NCBI GenBank assembly: GCA_049975265.1
Contig: JBNGDF010000003.1
Location: 1-64,000 of the forward strand
DNA: 64,000 nt
Reading direction: 5' to 3'
DNA from: Fidelibacterota bacterium
Lineage (GTDB): Bacteria; Fidelibacterota; UBA2242
The translations under genes were made by a program, and so were the position numbers. The notes below the pieces were generated by a model that was not told where the DNA came from, ran no database searches, and saw nothing but the letters and a program-made list of their open reading frames with translations. Below, piece after piece: positions 19,034 through 26,301 of the stretch; position 1 is the first letter of the stretch, and the number at the start of each line of letters is the position of its first letter.

Positions 19034-20440
19034 TTAGAGATTGGTATCAATCCGCAAAATCACCAGCAGCTGCTTTTCCTTCAAACCATTTAACCGCATG
19101 ATATTGACGACATAATTAAAGTCGGTAGGCTGTTCGGCTTTCAGAAAGGCATCGACAGAGTGGAAGTTTTTGATATTCGCCAGTCGAATCGCCTCGGTTA
19201 CGGCGTTCTTGCTATCATCTCCAAACATTGCAGCGAGTGGTTGATTCAGGATCTCCAGGCGACTTTTTCCGGTCAGCTGGCTGGCTTTGTTGGTAACGGC
19301 GCTGATGATTCCCGTGGAATCGATGAGGAAAGCGATTTCCTCATCCTGAATTACCTTACTGAGGATGTCCTTTTCTGATTTAATGTCAACATACGCCTCT
19401 TTCAGACGCTCGTTGACACTTTTTAATTCCTTGTGCAGGCGATGGAGCTCCTCTTCAGCCTGTTTGCGTTGCGTGATATCCCGGAAGATTGCCCGGGTGG
19501 CAATGAATCTATCGTCATTCATCTGCGGACTGATACTGCCCTCGACGAAAATCTCCCTGCCCGATTTGGAAACAAATACGGTTTCCTGATTTTGGAAGGA
19601 TTCTCCGCGACTCACTTGCTCATAGATTTCTGCGCATTTCTGGCGGTTATCCTCGCGGATAATGTCAATAAAGGTCAGTTTTTCGCGGTCGGCGGCAGTA
19701 TAACCCAGCAGATCTTCCCAGGCTTTGTTAACGTATTCGAATTTTCCATCGGCGTTGACACTTTGGATCAGATCGTTGGCGTTCTCTAAAAGGTCGCGGT
19801 ATTTTTCCCGGCTCTCTTTCAAAGCAACGATCACCCGCTTCAGCTCTTCGGTCTGTTTCTGCTCGGAGAGGCGGATTTTCTCTGCTTCTGTTCGGGCGCG
19901 CTTGTGGACGATATGGATGATAGTCGACAATACCATTGATGATATCAGAAAAAAACCGAAATGCAGCCAGGTGCCCCGGTTTGTGCTGACTATGGCGACA
20001 AACAGCCATGATACGCTGGTAATAAAAACGACAACCAGATAGATTGTCGTGGACAGAAAGAGAAAGCCGCAGCCCAGGAGAATGAGCGCCAGATTTGTTG
20101 TGTGCAGAGGATCATCAGCCAGATAGAGGTGTAAAATTCCATTCAAAAGGACAATGAGTGCGATCAGCAGACCGAGGGGGTGAGCACTGCCGGCGGGAAT
20201 ATCGAATTTTTGCAGAGCGAGATTGATCAGTAAAAGCAGAAACACCGTCACAGCGGCTGTCAGCGTCAAAATCAGCTGCAACTGTCCGCGCAGAAAGATG
20301 TAATGACTAATGGCAAAAAACAGGTACAGCAGTGCCAGAACTAGACTGACCGGTTTTAAATCCTTTAAAACCATGGCATTCAACTTTTCCAGGATCACCG
20401 ATTTTTCATTCTCTGAAAATGTCGCTGATATCGATTTCAT
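19034..20440 (-). CDS. Membrane sensor: about 6 TM + PAS/PAC + coiled coil + second PAS-like domain, no output domain
   Basis: YRDLLENANDLIQSV..DGKF.YVN.AW..LLGY, IFRDITQRK; second FLIDSTG.I..V...A..LTG; no HisKA/HATPase/GGDEF motifs. Confidence 0.8.
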   Translation of the reverse strand: MKSISATFSENEKSVILEKLNAMVLKDLKPVSLVLALLYLFFAISHYIFLRGQLQLILTLTAAVTVFLLLLINLALQKFDIPAGSAHPLGLLIALIVLLNGILHLYLADDPLHTTNLALILLGCGFLFLSTTIYLVVVFITSVSWLFVAIVSTNRGTWLHFGFFLISSMVLSTIIHIVHKRARTEAEKIRLSEQKQTEELKRVIVALKESREKYRDLLENANDLIQSVNADGKFEYVNKAWEDLLGYTAADREKLTFIDIIREDNRQKCAEIYEQVSRGESFQNQETVFVSKSGREIFVEGSISPQMNDDRFIATRAIFRDITQRKQAEEELHRLHKELKSVNERLKEAYVDIKSEKDILSKVIQDEEIAFLIDSTGIISAVTNKASQLTGKSRLEILNQPLAAMFGDDSKNAVTEAIRLANIKNFHSVDAFLKAEQPTDFNYVVNIMRLNGLKEKQLLVILRIDTNL

Positions 20441-20637
20441 ACTTCCTCTTTAAATGGGAATTTTCAGGAGATTAAATGATGGTTTGGATAGCATACCGGC
20501 TTTGATTTATTATACAACACGCAGAGAGAATATGCAAACATAAATTGTCAGATTTGTGCCGCATTGAACCAGGCTGTGATTGACTGACATTCGGGGATGA
20601 CTCATCCTGAGGCAGCGGAAGTGTGCCTGATTTTTTG

Positions 20638-21471
20638 TTACAACTGCCGTAAAATCGTGATGGGGTCGGGGTATTTTTCCGATACTTCTTTCAGATAATC
20701 GCCGATGCGGTTCACATTATCGACGTCGATTTTGCGGGCTAAATTTTTCAATCCGCCCTGGGAATACCGGGAAAACAGGAACATGTATTTTGTGGCTGCG
20801 ATGAAGTAGGCTTTTTCGACAATATTCCAGATGATTGACGCTTCTACTGAGCCGACCAGGAGAAATGAATAGAGTGCATTCTGATGATCGCCGGCATATA
20901 ATTGACCGGCGCCGGGGATAATGTTTGACATCAGTGACGCCAGCCATCTTGATTTCTGAGGTATGTTTTCGGCATGTTCAATATCCGTTATCAGGTCATC
21001 AACATTGGTAAATTTGACCGTCTGCAACCGCTCAATTCCACTTTCCCAGTCTGCCTGGTAGATATAGCTCCAGGCGCTGATATAGTTGATCTGGTCCTGC
21101 CGGCTGGAATCCACGTGTGTTGCCAGCATCCCAAGCACGCCGCGCATGGCGTTATAGTCGTAATGATCCCAGTGGATCAGCGCGAGCAGCTTCATGCATT
21201 TCCGGTCATAAGGAGATGTCTCCGCGTTGGTAACCGCATCAACCAGGGGTTCTTCGGCGAGTTGCTTCTGCCCGCCCCGATAACAGGCATCGGCGATTTT
21301 GTAGAGATATTGGTCTCTGTCCCCGCTCTGATCGAAAAAGAGGGCTCGTTTGTACTCTGTCACCGCTTCGAAATAGAGCTCTTTCTGCAGGTAATAATCA
21401 CCCATCTCTGCTGCAATTGCCGAAAGCGGAAACAGCAGAAAAACAAGGATTGTGGTTATTTTTTTAGCCAT
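20638..21471 (-). CDS. Exported TPR protein with C-terminal KSxxLAxxxSxxxPGxGQxY helical-hairpin module
   Basis: Signal peptide; Y.EAVTEYKR; QKSRWLASLMSNIIPGAGQLY. Confidence 0.75.
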   Translation of the reverse strand: MAKKITTILVFLLFPLSAIAAEMGDYYLQKELYFEAVTEYKRALFFDQSGDRDQYLYKIADACYRGGQKQLAEEPLVDAVTNAETSPYDRKCMKLLALIHWDHYDYNAMRGVLGMLATHVDSSRQDQINYISAWSYIYQADWESGIERLQTVKFTNVDDLITDIEHAENIPQKSRWLASLMSNIIPGAGQLYAGDHQNALYSFLLVGSVEASIIWNIVEKAYFIAATKYMFLFSRYSQGGLKNLARKIDVDNVNRIGDYLKEVSEKYPDPITILRQL

Positions 21472-22328
21472 GCTGTCCAGTATGGATTTTTTTCGATGGG
21501 ATTCAAATCCTCCAGCTGTTCGATCAATTTTTCGTACTGTGTGTGATTATACAGCTGTGTGCCGATGTAGCTGCCGTAAATTGTGCCGAGATAAAAAGAG
21601 AGGGTCATCCCGCTGCAGACGACCCCGGTGATCAGGAGGTCTGCTTTGAATGCCTGCCAGCTGACGATCCCGGCGAAACCGGTCATGCCGAATGCAAACA
21701 ACGCATCACCAGGTCGCTGGATATAAACCTTGCCCAGCCCCGGCACGATTGACGATAGAAATGACGCCAACAGCGGCGATTTCTGCTGCAGCTTTTGACG
21801 TCGTGCTTCGGTTTCAGTAATCAGTTGTCGCAGGGAGTCATCGCCGATACTCTGCAGAGTCGCAGACGGAAAGGCGCTGGAATCCTGGTGCAGATGAGCC
21901 AGATATTGGAAATAGTGCTCCGGATCGGTTCGGCTGCCGAACTGACGGATCGCTGCCCAGTTTTCCAGTTTGTACTGGTTATAGAGATAGGCAAGCCGGG
22001 CGCTGCTGATTAACTCCGACCCTGGAAGATTCGTGATTTTCAGAAATGCCTGAGAAGCGTAATCGTAGCGTTCCCGGAGTTGATGACACAACCCGATTTT
22101 GAAAAGAATGGTATCGTTCCCGGTTCCGGTTAAAAACAGATAGCGTTCATATTCAATCGCGGCGCGCAGATAGTCTTCGGTAGCGAACAGGTGATTGGCG
22201 AAACTCAGGATTTTCGCCGAGTCAGTCGAAATATCGGCTGCCTGAAGATTGATTACCGCTGAAAGGATCGTCAATACGATCAGAATTTTACTATTTCGGT
22301 ATAAGGTCGTAACGTTCCACGGGGTCAC
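21456..22328 (-). CDS. Exported TPR protein with C-terminal KSPxLAxxLSxxxPGxG module (paralogue of 20638..21471)
   Basis: Likely GTG start at 22328 overlapping the yidD-like 3' end, then a signal peptide; DY.RAAIEYER; QKSPLLASFLSSIVPGLGKVY. Confidence 0.72.
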   Translation of the reverse strand: MTPWNVTTLYRNSKILIVLTILSAVINLQAADISTDSAKILSFANHLFATEDYLRAAIEYERYLFLTGTGNDTILFKIGLCHQLRERYDYASQAFLKITNLPGSELISSARLAYLYNQYKLENWAAIRQFGSRTDPEHYFQYLAHLHQDSSAFPSATLQSIGDDSLRQLITETEARRQKLQQKSPLLASFLSSIVPGLGKVYIQRPGDALFAFGMTGFAGIVSWQAFKADLLITGVVCSGMTLSFYLGTIYGSYIGTQLYNHTQYEKLIEQLEDLNPIEKNPYWTAWLKK

Positions 22329-22695
22329 TGAATTTTTCTCCGTCGAATTTGTAGTAGTTATGGGCAAAAGGATTGCAGCGCAGCAGCCGGTCGCCAGCCA
22401 GCAGGATGCCTTTGACCGGACCGAATCTTTCGATGGCGCCGAATGCAAAGCGGGAGCAGGAGGGATGAAAAACACAGGAGGGCAGGTCCTGGCTGGAGAT
22501 GCTTTTTTGGTAGATGCGAATCCAGACCAGTGCAGCGGATTGGAACAAATCCGGCACCTGTTCCGGCACTTCCGGATGCCAGACCTGTTCGATGGGTTTT
22601 TCCCAATAGTCGGTCCATTGGGACTGCTCCTGGGCACCTGCCGTAACAATGCCGCAGATTAACAATAAATAAAGCTGGAATCGGACTATCTGCAT
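22291..22695 (-). CDS. yidD: YidD-like (membrane protein insertion efficiency factor / 'haemolytic' domain) protein with signal peptide
   Basis: IRIYQKSIS....SCVFHPSCSRF...AI..FG..KG......RLLRCNP; N-terminal MQIVRFQLYLLLICGIVTAGA-Q. Confidence 0.82.
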   Translation of the reverse strand: MQIVRFQLYLLLICGIVTAGAQEQSQWTDYWEKPIEQVWHPEVPEQVPDLFQSAALVWIRIYQKSISSQDLPSCVFHPSCSRFAFGAIERFGPVKGILLAGDRLLRCNPFAHNYYKFDGEKFSDPVERYDLIPK

Positions 22696-22701
22696 AGTGT
22701 T

Positions 22702-22743
22702 AAAATAAAACCGGAATCGAATGAAAGTCAATCGATTCCGGTT
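22702..22743 (-). terminator. Rho-independent terminator/stem-loop between the small secreted gene and the yidD-like gene
   Basis: Perfect 12-bp stem AACCGGAATCGA (22709-22720) / TCGATTCCGGTT (22732-22743); the minus strand continues into a T-rich tract. Confidence 0.8.
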
Positions 22744-22764
22744 AATAGAATACGGAAGTCCAAA

Positions 22765-23235
22765 TTATTTTCTGAGTCCTTCCTTGACCTCAATGTCCGT
22801 CATGGTCTTGCCCTGATAGGCTTCCAGCGGAATGGTAATTGCCGGATAGATACCGACGCAAGGTATCAGACGTAACCACTCTTTTGTCCGGATTTTGCGG
22901 GTATCCAGCTCATTTCCGATTCTGGGACCCAGACAGAAACTGGCGGCAAAGCCCTCAAATCCGTTCGGTACATAACCCATGTCGTAAGCCATGTAACCCC
23001 GGCAGCCGAGTGATACCAGAGAACCAACAATCGGAACGACATTACCAAGATATCCGCCAATGACTCCGATCCACTCGCTTTTCTGAATCTCTTTGCCTTC
23101 ATTCATTTCCAAACCGACACGCGGACCAACCAGACAGCTGGCCAAGCACGGAAGAACGCCCCCCTCTTCGGCGTGCAAGCCCGTTCCCGCAAACAGCATA
23201 ATGACTGCTAAAACACTGATTACGATTTTCTTCAT
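22765..23235 (-). CDS. Hypothetical secreted protein made of a two-repeat Cys/Gly 'GPRxGxE' domain
   Basis: Signal peptide MKKIVISVLAVIMLFAGTGLHA; GAGGGAG SD; paralogous to the C-half of 23934..24917. Confidence 0.85.
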   Translation of the reverse strand: MKKIVISVLAVIMLFAGTGLHAEEGGVLPCLASCLVGPRVGLEMNEGKEIQKSEWIGVIGGYLGNVVPIVGSLVSLGCRGYMAYDMGYVPNGFEGFAASFCLGPRIGNELDTRKIRTKEWLRLIPCVGIYPAITIPLEAYQGKTMTDIEVKEGLRK

Positions 23236-23302
23236 TTGATCTCCCTCTTGATTTTGGATTAATATTGAGATTTATTTTTAAAAAACCAAATCATTTTTTT
23301 GG

Positions 23303-23923
23303 TCAACCCGATTTCGCAGAATTTTGTAGCTTGGTGCGGATTCCGACATTCACAAACAGCAGCACCGGATAGGCAGGAACCAGATTGAAGACCATCTGTT
23401 TCCGGTCTGTCAGCTGAACCGCCAGCTCGACTTCGCTATAGGGACCAATAAAACCTTCAATGGTGCCCCAATCTTTAAAAAGCCGGGTTTTGATGCCCGG
23501 AGGACCGTATCTGGACCAGCTGCGCCGGATATCCAAACCGGCTCCGAAACCAAACCCGGCGGACAGTCTACGATATTGAAAAACCGGCTGTTTGAATATC
23601 GTGGTCGCCAAATAAGTTGCCGGCTGAATCGCACAATCGATGTAAATAGCCTGCACGGTCCGCCAGTAGAGTTCACGGTTGTTCAGCGGTTTATCAAAAG
23701 CGGCGAGAATTCCCGGATTGAAGAGGTTTTGGGCATTTCGGTCGAATTTCAGCGGAAAGTAGTCTGCATTATAGGATACATCGATGAGATGATGAGTCAG
23801 ACCCAACAGGCGGAATGAGAGATGAGGACCGGGAAAGGCTGGGGTTTCAGAAAGGACCCTTCCGGAGAAAAGCAGTATTCCTGCAGACAGAAAAAGAATA
23901 TTCTTTACCAATCGGGAGCCCAT
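23303..23923 (-). CDS. Hypothetical exported protein, possibly a small outer-membrane beta-barrel
   Basis: Signal-like N-terminus; alternating beta-strand patterns; C-terminal FVNVGIRTKL. Confidence 0.6.
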   Translation of the reverse strand: MGSRLVKNILFLSAGILLFSGRVLSETPAFPGPHLSFRLLGLTHHLIDVSYNADYFPLKFDRNAQNLFNPGILAAFDKPLNNRELYWRTVQAIYIDCAIQPATYLATTIFKQPVFQYRRLSAGFGFGAGLDIRRSWSRYGPPGIKTRLFKDWGTIEGFIGPYSEVELAVQLTDRKQMVFNLVPAYPVLLFVNVGIRTKLQNSAKSG

Positions 23924-23933
23924 TCAACAGATA

Positions 23934-24917
23934 TCACTTGCGTAAACCTTCGGAAATTTCAATTTCGGTCATGGTTTTACCGTGGTAGGCTTCCAGAGGA
24001 ATGCTGATCAGCGGATAGATGTTTACGCAGGGGATCAGCAGCAGCCACTCCTTGTTGCGGATTTTCCGGTAATGCAGCTCGTTTCCCACCCGCGGACCGA
24101 TACAGAATGCCGCCAGCGCGCCTTCCAATCCATTATGTTTTCCGCCCATTTCATACGCCATATAGGCACGGTTGCCCGTATAAATCACGTTTCCAATCGG
24201 TGTCAGGATGCCGGTGGCAGATCCCGATATGATGGAACCACCGAGGGCGATCCATTCACTGAGGTGTATTTCCTCAATGCCTTCATTCATCTCCAATCCT
24301 ACCCGCGGACCCAGCAGGCAGCTGGCTAGCGCCGGTCCAAAGCCACCCGGTTCACGGTAACTGTGTACCGCTGTTGCCGATGTATCCCGAAGGTTGTCCG
24401 TTGTATCGCTGGTGTGAACCGGTCCGATCGTAGCCGGTGCAGGTGCTGTAATGGGGGCGATCAGACGCTCTGCCACCGCCTCGACGCCGGTCGACAAGAG
24501 TGATACAATATCACCCACGTGCCGGTAAATGAACATGCGGGCGAGCTGGTTTTTTTCAACATCGACCATCCGCACAGTGACCGAGTAGCTGTCATCAATT
24601 TTTGTAAGAACGCCTCCGACAGCCAACCGGCTGCCGCTGAGCCGACCAACCTCAGTCAGACAGGGAATCGCTGAACAACTGTCCAACGTATATCCCGCCT
24701 TTTCCAATTCTTCCTGAACATCGGAAACGGCAAGAAGACTGTAGCGGCTGCTCTGGAAAATTTCGGCTTGTAGATGTTCCGTAAAGACGCGGGATTCTTC
24801 CGTCGGTATTCCACGGGCTTCAAAATTTAAAATGACGAGTGTCGGTGATTGTCCGGCGATGTACCTGCTCAGCAGAAATGAAATAATGAATATACTAATA
24901 AATCTTCGTCTGTGCAT
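23934..24917 (-). CDS. Exported protein: CsgG/HfaB/TolB-N-like domain + Thr/Ala linker + 'GPRxGxE' repeat domain
   Basis: LVILNFEARG...L..E......Y.L, C....C..EVG...G....V.G.L.KI...Y.V.VRMVDVE; C-half aligns with 22765..23235. Confidence 0.8.
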   Translation of the reverse strand: MHRRRFISIFIISFLLSRYIAGQSPTLVILNFEARGIPTEESRVFTEHLQAEIFQSSRYSLLAVSDVQEELEKAGYTLDSCSAIPCLTEVGRLSGSRLAVGGVLTKIDDSYSVTVRMVDVEKNQLARMFIYRHVGDIVSLLSTGVEAVAERLIAPITAPAPATIGPVHTSDTTDNLRDTSATAVHSYREPGGFGPALASCLLGPRVGLEMNEGIEEIHLSEWIALGGSIISGSATGILTPIGNVIYTGNRAYMAYEMGGKHNGLEGALAAFCIGPRVGNELHYRKIRNKEWLLLIPCVNIYPLISIPLEAYHGKTMTEIEISEGLRK

Positions 24918-25027
24918 TTTTTGCTTCCTTTCAATTTTCCACACAGACATGTGCGCTAATATAATTAACGAAGTGCAAATCTCGTAGTCTATTTACACCG
25001 AGATAAGATTAATATTTCAGTTAAAGG

Positions 25028-25056
25028 TTGACAGTTTGCCGGAAATTATGTAAATG
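25028..25056 (+). promoter_or_regulatory. Putative sigma70-type promoter for the bcp operon
   Basis: TTGACA-N17-TAAATG. Confidence 0.55.
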
Positions 25057-25109
25057 TAGAGTGTAGATGGCGATTTTGATCAATTTTCGAGAAGAAATGG
25101 AGGTGCTGA

Positions 25110-25235
25110 GTGATTAATACCCGCCGGACTCCATATCCGAAAAAGCGGCAGCCCGTGGGTAATCTTCGATATCCTGTAACTATCCCTCTGAATGGTCTAT
25201 CAAACAGCTGTTCAATGACAATTCAACTTGATTAA
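25110..25235 (+). CDS. Possible 41-aa small ORF in the bcp leader
   Basis: GGAGGTG SD just upstream of GTG; MINTRRTPYPKKRQPVGNLRYPVTIPLNGLSNSCSMTIQLD; no recognisable family. Confidence 0.25.
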   Translation: MINTRRTPYPKKRQPVGNLRYPVTIPLNGLSNSCSMTIQLD

Positions 25236-25249
25236 TAAAGGAGATTACC

Positions 25250-25717
25250 ATGTTGGCAATTGGAGACAACGCACCGGATTTTACATTGATGAATCAGGAT
25301 GGCGTGGAGGTATCCCTCGGGGATTATTCGGGACAGTGGGTGGTTTTGTACTTTTACCCAAAGGACAATACCAGCGGATGCACAAAAGAGGCGCTTGATT
25401 TTACGGAACATCTGGACGAATACAATAAATTGAATGCGAAAGTACTTGGAATCAGTCCCGATTCGGTTGAGAGTCACCGGAATTTTATCCGGAAACATAA
25501 GCTCACGGTCGAATTGCTGGCGGATCCCGATCATACTGTTCTTAAGAAATACGGCGTTTGGCGGGAAAAATTAATGGTCGGGCGTAAGTATTTCGGCGTG
25601 GTCCGCAGTACCTATCTGATCAACCCGGATGGGAAAATTGAAAAGGTCTGGGAAAAGGTGAAGGTGGATGGACATGCCGATGCAGTAGTGTGTGAGATTC
25701 AGGATTCGATGAAATAG
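25250..25717 (+). CDS. bcp: Thioredoxin-dependent peroxiredoxin (BCP/PrxQ)
   Basis: VLYFYPKDNTSGCTKEA.DF, GISPD, RSTYLI. Confidence 0.93.
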   Translation: MLAIGDNAPDFTLMNQDGVEVSLGDYSGQWVVLYFYPKDNTSGCTKEALDFTEHLDEYNKLNAKVLGISPDSVESHRNFIRKHKLTVELLADPDHTVLKKYGVWREKLMVGRKYFGVVRSTYLINPDGKIEKVWEKVKVDGHADAVVCEIQDSMK

Positions 25718-25725
25718 GAGGCAGT

Positions 25726-26283
25726 ATGCAGTTTGATGAAGTCATCACCCGGCGCCGGGCGTTGCGATCGCTCGGTAAAGTGGAGATCACCAGCGAGCTG
25801 ATGCAGCGGCTGACAGAGGCGGCAAGTTTGGCGGCATCCTGTGCAAATAATCAGCCCTGGCGCTTCATCTTTGTCCATGAAGAGAAAACGCTGAAGGCGT
25901 TGTTTGAAGCCCTGACGTCGGGCAATTACTGGGCAAAAAAGGCTTCTCTGATGATCGCCGTTATAACTCAGAAGGAGCTGGACTGCGTTATCAAAGAGCG
26001 GGAATATTACCTTTTCGACACCGGAATGGCAACGGCACATTTGCTGCTCAAAGCCACCGACCTCGGACTGGTGGCACACCCTATGGCTGGCTTCAGCCCT
26101 GCAAAAGCGAAAGAGGTGCTTAATATTCCCGATGATATGGAGTTGATTACTCTGATCGCCGTTGGCAGGCCGCAGCAGGCTGTGGATTCGGGTCTTTCCG
26201 AGAAGCACCGTGAGCAGGAATCGCAGCGGCCGACTCGCCTGAATGTTTCCGATTTTGTATATTTTAACAGATATGAAAAATAA
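25726..26283 (+). CDS. Nitroreductase family protein
   Basis: RRALR, A.S..NNQPWRF, D.G.A...L.L.A..LGL. Confidence 0.9.
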   Translation: MQFDEVITRRRALRSLGKVEITSELMQRLTEAASLAASCANNQPWRFIFVHEEKTLKALFEALTSGNYWAKKASLMIAVITQKELDCVIKEREYYLFDTGMATAHLLLKATDLGLVAHPMAGFSPAKAKEVLNIPDDMELITLIAVGRPQQAVDSGLSEKHREQESQRPTRLNVSDFVYFNRYEK

Positions 26284-26301
26284 TCAATTGTAAGGCGAAA
26301 C

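Noticed and set aside
20595..20637. Two short inverted repeats as a terminator or ncRNA
   Set aside because: The first has a 1-nt spacer and cannot fold as drawn; the second has a short stem with its T-tract on the strand opposite to transcription. Too weak to call.
22329..22649. N-terminal extension of the 397-aa ORF 21456..22649
   Set aside because: It is the alternate frame of the yidD-like gene; the signal peptide begins after GTG 22328.
25061..25165. ZTP (pfl) or THF riboswitch ahead of the fhs-containing operon; also 6S RNA
   Set aside because: Only TGGCG/CGCC fragments resemble the pfl motif, the conserved GCCUGGGC-type 3' hairpin is absent, and there are no clear 6S hallmarks. Left as an unassigned leader.
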